In this document: one piece after another, positions 9,466-18,138 of the stretch
How the letters are laid out: each line of letters begins with the position of its first letter
How positions within the stretch are numbered: the first letter of the stretch is position 1
Source: Eubacteriales bacterium
Lineage (GTDB): Bacteria > Bacillota > Clostridia > Oscillospirales > CAG-272
Assembly: GCA_045633625.1 (NCBI GenBank)
Contig: JAZQYP010000034.1
Coordinates: forward strand, 4,530-68,529
Length of the DNA stretch: 64,000 nt
Reading direction: 5' to 3'
Translations under genes and position numbers: made by a program
Notes under the pieces: model-generated
The model's input: only the letters and a program-made list of their open reading frames with translations
Databases searched by the model: none
Told to the model about the DNA's origin: nothing

Positions 9466-9613
9466 GCTTGAAAAAGTACTATATACCGTCGGTGTATAAG
9501 TATATAGAGGTGATAGGATTTGCCATTGCCAAATATATTTATCCCTAATAGTAACTATTGGATTATCCGCAACATTTCCGCAAACTCTTCGACCACATCA
9601 TTTACGGCGACGT

Positions 9614-9853
9614 CAAAACGCGATATAATGTTTTCAGGAAAATTGAATATGATGTGTTCAGCGATAAGGATTTTGCAATTTAGAGACTAAAAAATGCTTG
9701 ATTTACAAGGCTTTATATGTTATAATAATTTCATCCCCAAAGCTATAAAGCCTCTAATGCGTTGAGATGATGGGACTTATCGGCGCTGGTAACAACCCCA
9801 TGGTTGGTATGACGGTGGCTGTAGCTGTTGCTATCGAAGAGGCAAGCAAGTAA
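9614..9853 (+). repeat. Direct repeat copy 2 (att-like module)
   Basis: Matches 590-830; contains promoter TTGATT-17-TATAAT at 9698-9726. Confidence 0.95.
9761..9853 (+). pseudogene. Second displaced 3' fragment of the GGGtGRT-family gene
   Basis: Same peptide as 738-830, with 7 synonymous third-position differences. Confidence 0.8.
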
Positions 9854-9917
9854 TTTGATCTTTTAGCTCTTCATGGGTTTTTCCCTATTTTTTTAATGTA
9901 ATTAAGGAGGCCTTATC

Positions 9918-10133
9918 ATGTCTTATCAAATGGCAGGACATTCCAAGCTGTGCGCGACTTGCAATTACTGGCTCGGCCCGCGTCAGATCAATTGGTGCGC
10001 AAGTCATGTTGTGCTTGAAGCGCAAAGTATAAAGGGCAAATGCTGGTGTCAGGGCGGTCCTCACATGCGTGCTGATAGACTCAGCAATTTTTGTGCTTGC
10101 TCGCGCTATGAAAAGTGGTCGGTGTTGAAATAA
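9918..10133 (+). CDS. Small cysteine-rich protein (71 aa), possibly metal-binding
   Basis: Strong AAGGAGG RBS; CATCNYW, GKCWC and CAC motifs. Confidence 0.75.
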   Translation: MSYQMAGHSKLCATCNYWLGPRQINWCASHVVLEAQSIKGKCWCQGGPHMRADRLSNFCACSRYEKWSVLK

Positions 10134-10193
10134 GGATGCGTGTTACTTTTCTTTTGAAAAAAAGTAACCAAAAGAAAGCTTTACATACTTAAT

Positions 10194-10248
10194 AAAAAGT
10201 TGGACACATCATTTTGGAGAAATCCGTAGTGATGTGTCCAATATTTTT
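10194..10248. repeat. Inverted-repeat site IR-3
   Basis: GTTGGACACATCA-N18-TGATGTGTCCAA with a different spacer sequence of the same length. Confidence 0.85.
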
Positions 10249-10327
10249 CTATATTAGAAAAAGTGAAATTGAATTTCCGAATAATAAAAATTTCCTCGGG
10301 GGTACGTCCAAAACGTGTATATAACTA

Positions 10328-10356
10328 TTGACAAAATTGCAAAAAAATTGTAGAAT
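10328..10356 (+). promoter_or_regulatory. sigmaA promoter of the large surface protein
   Basis: TTGACA-17-TAGAAT. Confidence 0.7.
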
Positions 10357-10453
10357 TAATATGTATAGGTGTTTACATCTTTAATTAATTTTTATTTCTA
10401 TGTTTTTGGGTCCCCCAAAAAAGCAAAAAAACAATTCACCACGGAGGTAAAAA

Positions 10454-13400
10454 ATGGCTACAAGAAAAGTTACAAAGCGCGCCTTGTTTTTGAGCTTTGT
10501 GTCCATGTTTTTGTGTTTCACAATGCTTATTGGAACAACTTATGCATGGTTTACTGACTCTGTAAGCAGCGCAACAAACATTATTACTGCTGGAAACCTC
10601 GACGTTGAGCTTTACCATGCCAACGAGGGTACAAACGATGCCGACGAAAAGGTTACAAGCACAACTACTCTCTTCACCGACGTTGATTCGGCAAAGTGGG
10701 AGCCCGGCGCTATGGCTTGGGAGAAGTTCACCGTTAAGAACGTGGGAACACTTGCTCTCAAGTATGAGTTCGCGCTCAACGTAACGAGCGCAAGCGTTGT
10801 AGACGGCATATCCTTTGCAAAGATGCTTAAGGTTGCCGTTGTTGACGAGAGCTTTGATTATACACGCGAGAACGTAAACAACATTCCCGCTACCGAGTGG
10901 AAGGATCTCGATTCCTTTGAGGTCATCGCTTCCGCACCCGAGGGACTTGAGAATAATGAGTCCAAGACCTTTGGTGTAATCATTTGGTGGCAGCCCTCGG
11001 AGAAAGACAACCTCTTTAATATGAACAATGGCAAGCAGGTCGGCTCTATAGGTGTTGACGTAGGCGTTGTACTTAACGCAAGCCAGTTCACGTTTGAAGA
11101 GGATAGCTTTGGTATAGATTACGATACTACCGCAACCTTCCCGATGGCAAAGATCAACTTTACATCCGAGGAGGACGTAACCGATAAGATCGACCAGACA
11201 AGTGGCGCTCTTACCGAGAACGTTACCGTTGGTGACGATAGAAACGATATTCAGGCAGAGGTTCCTGCAGGCGTTACTATGGCAGAGGGAGCAGATAAGC
11301 TTGAGCTTACTGTAAAGACTATCGAGGAAAGCTCTGCAAATATCGTTATTGACGAGGAGAATCAGTCTACAGTTTCGGTAGACGTACATATCGAGGGCGT
11401 TGCAGAGGACAATACCGTTCCTATGAAGATAGTTATGAAGGGATTTATGAAGCCCGGACTTAACGATAACAACTATGCGCTCTATCACGTTGAGAACGGC
11501 GTTACCAATGCTATGACCTTGGTACCCTATTCGGAGCTTGACGCGCACAACGAGTTTTCGTATAACGCAGTAACCGGTGACGTAACCCTTTGCCTTGCAT
11601 CCTTCTCAGAGGTTGCAGCAGTTGCCGATGAGGTCGTTCACTGGGACGGAAAATCTGCTACTGCATTTGCTACATATGAAAATGGTACTTATGGTACTGG
11701 TTCTGCTGAAAAACCCCACCTCATCGCAAACGCAAGCCAGCTTGCATATTTCCGTGATCTTGTTGATGGTGGAAGAACATTTGAAGGTGAGTACGTCAAG
11801 CTTGCTAATGACATAATTCTTAACCACCATGGTGAGACAAGAAACCAGTTCGATCCTATCGGCTGGGGCTATGCTAATAGCGCCTACAATGCAGGCGGCG
11901 CTGCCGGCAAGGTCTTTATGGGAACCTTCGACGGCGGCGAGTATGACGCAAGTGGCAAGCTCGTTGGCCGTCACGGCATTCACGGTCTCTGGCAGAACGG
12001 CTGGGATCTTGAAGCCAAGACCAAAACCGACTACACCTACACTAACTGTGGCTTCGGTCTCTTCGCATCTGTTAAGGACGCTACAATTAAGAACCTTGAG
12101 ATCAAGCACGCAAACGTTGTTGTTGAGTGCGTTGAGGCAGGTATTGTAGTAGGTCTTGCGCAGGGTAATTGTACCTTTGAGAATCTTTATGTTTACTCGT
12201 CCCACATCGCTAACTACCAGCGTCCCGCGGGCGGTGTTGTCGGTGAGGTCAGCCCTCGATTCGAGAACGGTGTAGCACAGGAGAGCACAGTTACCTTCAA
12301 CAACGTACACGTTGGTTCTTCCTGTACCGTAGGTTCTCTTTGGGGTGATTTTGATACTCCCTGCGGCGGTGTTATCGGCGCATATTGGGATGATGCGGGA
12401 AAGACCACGGTTAATATGAATAGCGTTGACGTGTCCTGCGTTCTTGACGTTTACAGCGACGTTACTTCCGCATATCAGTGGTACGCATACCGCCGTGCGG
12501 GTATGCTTATCGGTAATACCGACCAGCCCCCTGCAGATGGTAAGAATGCCAAGGTTGCTACTGCGAATTTCCTAAACTGTACAAACTGCGTAGTTATCTA
12601 CGATTATTGGGCAGATTATAAGTATTGTCAGTTTACAAACAACAATAACCCCGGCAAAAACTATCCTTGGGTAAGAATTCAGGCAAGCCAGTATAACGGC
12701 GCATATTCTAACCCCAGATACGGTCATCCTAAGGACCTTCACGATCACTTGGTAACCAGCGATAACCATGAGCATCAGGAAGGAGACAAATGCCACGAAT
12801 ACATCCCCTTCAATCAGCTTTACGGCGGCGGTCAGGGTGTTTACGGTCAGACCGGTCATCCCGGTGTTACCATCGGTAAGTACACCATTGTCTATATGGT
12901 TGGTGATGAGATTCAGGACGTACACTACGTTGCAAACAACTCTGTTCCTTATACCGCTCTTCTGCCTCTTGAAGCGGGATATGAGTGGGTTGACATAGAC
13001 AGTAATAAAGTTACCCAGATTCCCGCGGGCAACACCAGTCACATAGTCCTTTACCGTAACACAACTGATAAGAATATGGTGCGTTTCGTTGATAAGGACG
13101 GCTACGTTATCACAGAGCAGGAATTTGCTTACGGTAAGGATGCGAGTTATTACCAGACAAATATAACACCCCCTTCCGTTCCTCCTGTTGAGGGATACTA
13201 CGGTGTATGGCCCGAATGGTGGAAGATGCTTGCGGCTGTAACAAAAGATGGAGAGGATGTTACAGTCCATGCAGTTTATACCGTAATCTATGAGGAAGAT
13301 AACGAGGCAGTTACTCCTGATAAGGAGATCGTAATCTTTGACGAGAACGGCGACACAGGTGACCTCTTCCAGATGATCTCTCAGGGCAAGAGCGTTGTAA

Positions 13401-13981
13401 TGTACAAAGATCTTGCGGGTAATATCGGAAGCGCAAGCATCAAGACCTTTGCTACAGTAGGTGATCCAAATACTAATGGTTGGGTTTCTAACCATGCACG
13501 TCTTGATCTTGATTCCTTCGAATTGGTGTATGATAATGACAGCAATGCCGCTCAGAACTGGACACTCTTTACCATCAAGGAAGGTGCTTCATTGACCGTT
13601 GGAGGCGGTGTGCACGGTGGCGGTAAGCTTTCCTTCGTATTTAATACGCTAAATAAAAACTCTGCACCTCGTCTCTTCAATCTTGAATACGTAGAGGGCA
13701 ACGTGGATAATGGCGGACACGAGATTCACTCCACTCTTATCCTTGAGCGTGGTGTTGTTATCGAAATGAAGTTCCATAAGAACATTTTCAATAAAAATAG
13801 TAATTTCAGCATTTCCGAAGAAAATATTAAAACTTTAATCACCGGTCACTCCCATCCGGACGGTACCGAGGAACAGCATCATCCTGGAATTCAGGTAGAA
13901 ATAAGCGAAGAAGGTGATTACAAAGTTATTCGCCTCATCGTTAATTCCTATACCACCTTCGTTGGTAACACGGCTAACTAA
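10454..13981 (+). CDS. Large surface protein with SipW-class (TasA/camelysin-like) signal peptide and GLUG-like beta-rich region
   Basis: GTTYAWFTDSV...ITAGNLDVEL N-terminus; WDG...GSAEKPHLIANASQLA motif; GGAGG RBS. Confidence 0.8.
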   Translation: MATRKVTKRALFLSFVSMFLCFTMLIGTTYAWFTDSVSSATNIITAGNLDVELYHANEGTNDADEKVTSTTTLFTDVDSAKWEPGAMAWEKFTVKNVGTLALKYEFALNVTSASVVDGISFAKMLKVAVVDESFDYTRENVNNIPATEWKDLDSFEVIASAPEGLENNESKTFGVIIWWQPSEKDNLFNMNNGKQVGSIGVDVGVVLNASQFTFEEDSFGIDYDTTATFPMAKINFTSEEDVTDKIDQTSGALTENVTVGDDRNDIQAEVPAGVTMAEGADKLELTVKTIEESSANIVIDEENQSTVSVDVHIEGVAEDNTVPMKIVMKGFMKPGLNDNNYALYHVENGVTNAMTLVPYSELDAHNEFSYNAVTGDVTLCLASFSEVAAVADEVVHWDGKSATAFATYENGTYGTGSAEKPHLIANASQLAYFRDLVDGGRTFEGEYVKLANDIILNHHGETRNQFDPIGWGYANSAYNAGGAAGKVFMGTFDGGEYDASGKLVGRHGIHGLWQNGWDLEAKTKTDYTYTNCGFGLFASVKDATIKNLEIKHANVVVECVEAGIVVGLAQGNCTFENLYVYSSHIANYQRPAGGVVGEVSPRFENGVAQESTVTFNNVHVGSSCTVGSLWGDFDTPCGGVIGAYWDDAGKTTVNMNSVDVSCVLDVYSDVTSAYQWYAYRRAGMLIGNTDQPPADGKNAKVATANFLNCTNCVVIYDYWADYKYCQFTNNNNPGKNYPWVRIQASQYNGAYSNPRYGHPKDLHDHLVTSDNHEHQEGDKCHEYIPFNQLYGGGQGVYGQTGHPGVTIGKYTIVYMVGDEIQDVHYVANNSVPYTALLPLEAGYEWVDIDSNKVTQIPAGNTSHIVLYRNTTDKNMVRFVDKDGYVITEQEFAYGKDASYYQTNITPPSVPPVEGYYGVWPEWWKMLAAVTKDGEDVTVHAVYTVIYEEDNEAVTPDKEIVIFDENGDTGDLFQMISQGKSVVMYKDLAGNIGSASIKTFATVGDPNTNGWVSNHARLDLDSFELVYDNDSNAAQNWTLFTIKEGASLTVGGGVHGGGKLSFVFNTLNKNSAPRLFNLEYVEGNVDNGGHEIHSTLILERGVVIEMKFHKNIFNKNSNFSISEENIKTLITGHSHPDGTEEQHHPGIQVEISEEGDYKVIRLIVNSYTTFVGNTAN

Positions 13982-13997
13982 TAACTAAACAAAGCTT

Positions 13998-14025
13998 AAA
14001 AGCCACCCGTACGGGTGGCTTTTTT
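13998..14025 (+). terminator. Rho-independent terminator
   Basis: AAAAGCCACCCGTACGGGTGGCTTTTTT. Confidence 0.85.
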
Positions 14026-14147
14026 GTATTGAAAAAAGCTATGTTTGGCGGACATGTTTGAGCTTTTCCTTAAAAACAACTTGAAAAACAGGAGCAATTA
14101 TGATATAATGTCAATATATATTTATACAAACGCAAGGAGCTGAATTT

Positions 14148-14561
14148 ATGACTCTTGAAGAGCGCCACGAGCAAGTGGAAGGATATCTTGGCAAGACCAT
14201 AACAATAGAGATCGATCGTCCAATCGGCTATATTCACCATAAGGGAGAAAAGACCTTGGTCTATCCGATCAACTATGGGTATATTCCCGATGTCCTTGGC
14301 GGAGACGGTGAGGAGCTTGACGTATTTTTAGTAGGGGTAAGCGAGCCACTCACTTCATACACAGGGCATATAATCGGGATAGTTTATCGCGCGGATGACG
14401 TAGAGGACAAGCTCGTTATGGCTCCCTCGGGAAAGATTTTTTCTGCCGAGGAAATCGCTCGCGCGGTATATTTTCAAGAAAAATACTACGAAACGACCAT
14501 TCGCACTCTCGACGGCTCATCGGTATTAATATCAAATCTAACAAGTTCAGAGAACAAATAA
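14148..14561 (+). CDS. Small family-I-like inorganic pyrophosphatase
   Basis: YPINYGYIP..GGDGEELDVF and EDKLV motifs. Confidence 0.8.
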   Translation: MTLEERHEQVEGYLGKTITIEIDRPIGYIHHKGEKTLVYPINYGYIPDVLGGDGEELDVFLVGVSEPLTSYTGHIIGIVYRADDVEDKLVMAPSGKIFSAEEIARAVYFQEKYYETTIRTLDGSSVLISNLTSSENK

Positions 14562-14574
14562 AGGAGGGGGCAGT

Positions 14575-15150
14575 ATGGCTAAAATTTGTCCGAATTGTTC
14601 GCTTAAGCACAAGAACGCTTCAACAGTTTGCGCTAAATGCGGAACTCCTCTAAAAAGCTCCAAAGTCAAAAAAAGTATCCCTTTTATCCTTACTATAGTG
14701 ACAATCTGTGTCATTCTTTCCCTTCTCTTTTATTTTGGTTACAACTTGTTTTTTGGCCCCTGCGCCAAGGCAATTTCAGTTATGAATGCAGCCGACAAGG
14801 GCGATTCAACGGCGCTTATCAGAATTCTTCCTGATTTTTTGTTTGAGAGCGAAAATTATGACGAAAAAATCATAAAATCACACATTTCTTCGTTCTCAAA
14901 TTCCCTCAAGGATAGAATACGATTCTTTTATCCCGAGCATCCTCAAACCGCATCAACTGCTCAGCGAACAGGCATCATAAAGTCACTAAAGGATATCGTT
15001 GGTGAAAGCTTTGATACAGACTCTATAGAGAATATGAAGACGGTTTGGGTATACGTTAGAGAAGGCACGTCCGACTATTGGGAAGGATATTGGATAAAGC
15101 TTACAATAATAAAATACAATGGCGAATGGTGCTGGTGGCCGTATTATTAA
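14575..15150 (+). CDS. Zinc-ribbon membrane protein (paralog 1)
   Basis: CPNC...CAKCG, one TM helix, ends KYNGEWCWWPYY. Confidence 0.8.
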   Translation: MAKICPNCSLKHKNASTVCAKCGTPLKSSKVKKSIPFILTIVTICVILSLLFYFGYNLFFGPCAKAISVMNAADKGDSTALIRILPDFLFESENYDEKIIKSHISSFSNSLKDRIRFFYPEHPQTASTAQRTGIIKSLKDIVGESFDTDSIENMKTVWVYVREGTSDYWEGYWIKLTIIKYNGEWCWWPYY

Positions 15151-15184
15151 GTCTTAAAACATTATTTTCTCCGGAGGTAATACT

Positions 15185-15769
15185 ATGTCAAAGATATGTC
15201 CTAATTGCAATATTAACTATTCAAATTCCGCTGTGAAGTGTGTTACCTGCGGTAGTCCGCTTGTGCTTCTTGAAATGCCTAAAAAGAAAAAGTCTATAAT
15301 TATATCTCTTATAATTACCGCGGCAATTCTTGTTATCGCTGCTATTACCACTATAACGGTAGTAAGCCTTACCGGGCCAAGAGGCAAGGTAAGATACATT
15401 ATGAATAACCTCAAGAAAAACGATATAGATGCCGTTCTGGATACTGTACCCGATTTTTTGCTAGATCCCGATTTGGAATATAAGGACGATATCTTGATAG
15501 GGCTTACAACATACACCGACAATATGTCGGGATATATATTCTCCTTCAACACCAATAAATGTGTAACTCCTTCAACAAGTCAGATCACCGAGCTAAAGCA
15601 ATCGATACAATCAATTGTTGGAGAAAATTTTGACACAAGCAAGATAGAGGACGTCAAGATGGTTTGGGTAGATATAAGAGGAGGTACATTTGCATTTTGG
15701 AATTCATCTGATGCAAGATTCGTTATGATCAAATACAACGATGAATGGCACTGGTGGCCGTATTATTGA
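15185..15769 (+). CDS. Zinc-ribbon membrane protein (paralog 2)
   Basis: CPNC...CVTCG, one TM helix, ends KYNDEWHWWPYY. Confidence 0.8.
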   Translation: MSKICPNCNINYSNSAVKCVTCGSPLVLLEMPKKKKSIIISLIITAAILVIAAITTITVVSLTGPRGKVRYIMNNLKKNDIDAVLDTVPDFLLDPDLEYKDDILIGLTTYTDNMSGYIFSFNTNKCVTPSTSQITELKQSIQSIVGENFDTSKIEDVKMVWVDIRGGTFAFWNSSDARFVMIKYNDEWHWWPYY

Positions 15770-15922
15770 TATAAAACAAAGGGAGATAACGTCTCCCTTT
15801 TTTATTAACATTTTCCCATATTAAATTAAAAAATGTATTGAAAAAAACTTGCGAGTGTGTTATAATTGGTTTGTTTTTGAGGAAATATATTCCTATACAA
15901 TTTTATCATCAGGAGAAAAACA

Positions 15923-17059
15923 ATGGCAGATTTTTTATCGTTATTTGAAAACGTAACGAATATAACCTGGCAGCAGGTAGTCATGTGGGCTATCGGTGCG
16001 CTTCTTATATTCCTTGCGATCAAGAAGGAGATGGAGCCTACCCTTCTCTTACCTATGGGCTTTGGCGCAATTCTCGTTAACCTTCCCCTTTCGGGTGCTG
16101 TCAACCAGATATATGGCGGTGAGCTTGAGGAAGGTGCGATCGACGTGCTCTTTAACGCAGGTATCGCAAACGAACTCTTCCCCTTGCTTCTTTTCATAGG
16201 AATCGGAGCAATGATAGACTTCGGTCCTCTTCTTTCAAACCCCAAGCTTATGATATTTGGAGCTGCGGCTCAGTTTGGTATATTCTTTACCCTCAGCCTT
16301 GCTTCCCTTATCGGATTTGAAACAAAGGATGCGGCATCTATCGCTATTATAGGCGCGGCTGACGGACCTACCTCCATTTTCGTTGCAAACTTCTTCGGTT
16401 CAAATTATATGGGAGCTATCGCAGTGGCGGCATACTCGTATATGGCGCTCGTTCCCGTCGTTCAGCCTCCTGTTATCAAGCTTCTCACCAGCAAAAAAGA
16501 GCGTATGATCCGTATGCCTTACAAGCCTGCAAACGTATCGAAGCTCACAAAGATACTCTTCCCCATCGTTATCACGGTAATTACGGGTATCGTATCTCCT
16601 CGTAGCGTAGCACTTATCGGATTCCTTATGTTCGGTAACCTCATTCGTGAGTGTACTGTTCTCGATTCCCTTTCGGAGACAGCGCAGAAGGTACTTGCAA
16701 ATCTTGTAACACTTTTCCTTGGTATCACGATCGCTACCAAGATGCAGGCAGAGCACTTCCTCACACTTGAGACTCTCGTAATTATTGGCCTTGGTCTTGT
16801 TGCCTTCGTATTTGACACCGCGGGCGGTGTTCTCGTTGCAAAGGCTATCAACGTGTTCCTTCCCAAGGACAAAAAGCTCAATCCTATGATCGGTGCGGCA
16901 GGTATTTCGGCTTTCCCGATGTCTGCACGTGTAGTTCACAAGATGGGACTTAAGGAGGACAACCAGAACTTCCTTCTTATGCACTCTATCGGTGTTAACG
17001 TTTCAGGACAGATCGCGTCGGTTATCGCGGGCGGTCTTATACTCAATATGATAGGATAA
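15923..17059 (+). CDS. oadB: Na+-translocating decarboxylase beta subunit (OadB/MmdB/GcdB family)
   Basis: EPTLLLPMGFG, IIGAADGPT, IGAAGISAFPMSARV motifs. Confidence 0.92.
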   Translation: MADFLSLFENVTNITWQQVVMWAIGALLIFLAIKKEMEPTLLLPMGFGAILVNLPLSGAVNQIYGGELEEGAIDVLFNAGIANELFPLLLFIGIGAMIDFGPLLSNPKLMIFGAAAQFGIFFTLSLASLIGFETKDAASIAIIGAADGPTSIFVANFFGSNYMGAIAVAAYSYMALVPVVQPPVIKLLTSKKERMIRMPYKPANVSKLTKILFPIVITVITGIVSPRSVALIGFLMFGNLIRECTVLDSLSETAQKVLANLVTLFLGITIATKMQAEHFLTLETLVIIGLGLVAFVFDTAGGVLVAKAINVFLPKDKKLNPMIGAAGISAFPMSARVVHKMGLKEDNQNFLLMHSIGVNVSGQIASVIAGGLILNMIG

Positions 17060-17068
17060 GGTGAAACA

Positions 17069-17224
17069 ATGAATAATTTTGATTTTCATATAGACGTAAA
17101 CGCTTTTGTTGAATCCCTTGGCTATATGGCAAAGGGCATGGTGGGAATTTTTATCGTTACGGCTGTCATCGTTCTCTCGATGGTTCTCCTCAATAAGTTC
17201 ACATCAAAAAAAGCAGACAAGTAA
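17069..17224 (+). CDS. OadG-like small membrane subunit (51 aa; below the ORF-track cutoff)
   Basis: MNNFDFHIDVNAFVESLGYMAKGMVGIFIVTAVIVLSMVLLNKFTSKKADK; AAGGTG RBS; directly after oadB. Confidence 0.8.
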   Translation: MNNFDFHIDVNAFVESLGYMAKGMVGIFIVTAVIVLSMVLLNKFTSKKADK

Positions 17225-17227
17225 AAA

Positions 17228-17255
17228 AATAAAGCCGCGAAAGCGGCTTTATTTT
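17228..17255. terminator. Bidirectional terminator
   Basis: AATAAAGCCGCGAAAGCGGCTTTATT between convergent genes. Confidence 0.8.
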
Positions 17256-17671
17256 TATGCTATTTTTTTGTTGAGCTTCTTGCGGGTCGCGCGTACTATA
17301 AAGTAAACGGTGAGCCATATAGCAAGATAAGAGATCACGAATATTGCCGTGAATATAACGAGCACCATAGGCTCAAATGGTATCCACGAATTTGCTACGT
17401 AGCAGATCGAATATGCAAGATAGAGTGAAATAAAATGGAACAGAAGCGATTTTCCTATTGACCAGTGCTCTATCTGATTGAATACGCTCACACCCGCCTG
17501 TATAAAGGCAAGCAGATACGTTGACACGATGGCAAGAAGCACCTGAGTGCCCGTGAGCGAAAAATCGTCAAGTGTGATCGAAAGTATAAAGAAAACTATT
17601 CCCGCAACTATCGGTCCAAAGCCGCCAAACAAAAGTCCGCGGTGCAAAAATCTTTTTACGTAAATATTCAT
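17255..17671 (-). CDS. DUF3021-like membrane protein (LytTR regulatory system partner)
   Basis: Four hydrophobic segments, IEHWS..K..L.HF motif, downstream of LytTR. Confidence 0.8.
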   Translation of the reverse strand: MNIYVKRFLHRGLLFGGFGPIVAGIVFFILSITLDDFSLTGTQVLLAIVSTYLLAFIQAGVSVFNQIEHWSIGKSLLFHFISLYLAYSICYVANSWIPFEPMVLVIFTAIFVISYLAIWLTVYFIVRATRKKLNKKIA

Positions 17672-17674
17672 AAA

Positions 17675-18106
17675 TTAAAAACCTATCCTTTCTTTAACAT
17701 TTTTTAGTTGACGGCGAGAGATATAATCTCTGTATCCATTTTTGAGTATCACCATAAGAGCGCCACCTATCGAGGAATCAAAACGCGCGATCTTCTTCAC
17801 ATTTACAAGGCAGGACTGATTGATTTTGAGAAAAACGCTTGCATATCGCTCCTCAAGCTGATAAAGCCTTTCGCGCAAAAGAAGCTTTTCATTCTCGGTC
17901 AGAGCATATACCTTTGTGTCCTCGACAACAAAGCAATACACATCCGAGGCACAAAGTCTTACCACTTCGCGCTCGCTATAACCCACAAGCTCCTCTCTAT
18001 CACCCGCGATGAGCGCCTCTATTTTCTCGATCAGCTCATTTTTTTCGTGGGCATAGATGATTATCTCTTCCTCCCTTTCGGGCTCAATAAAAATTTTGTA
18101 TTTCAC
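17675..18106 (-). CDS. Stand-alone LytTR DNA-binding regulator
   Basis: LYQLEE..FLKINQSCLVN...ISRRQL motif. Confidence 0.9.
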   Translation of the reverse strand: MKYKIFIEPEREEEIIIYAHEKNELIEKIEALIAGDREELVGYSEREVVRLCASDVYCFVVEDTKVYALTENEKLLLRERLYQLEERYASVFLKINQSCLVNVKKIARFDSSIGGALMVILKNGYRDYISRRQLKNVKERIGF

Positions 18107-18138
18107 AGGATACCTCCCTTTTGTAAGCTTACAATATC

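Larger units (their letters stand above)
831..9853. mobile_element. Putative integrated cassette/islet (9023 bp) between two GGGtGRT 3'-end repeats; no integrase inside
   Basis: Bounded by direct repeats of a gene 3' end, carries accessory cargo and has conserved end motifs. Confidence 0.7.

Noticed and set aside
672-9853. 159-bp repeat as a duplicated ncRNA or riboswitch
   Set aside because: Differences in the 3' part are all third-position synonymous and similarity stops at a stop codon, which indicates a coding fragment.
912-10248. Recurrent palindromes as a CRISPR array
   Set aside because: Copies are 0.8-8.5 kb apart with genes between them; no cas genes in the window.
10436-13495. Long minus-strand ORFs (370, 234 and 307 aa)
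   Set aside because: Antisense shadows of the 1175-aa gene; no motifs or RBS.
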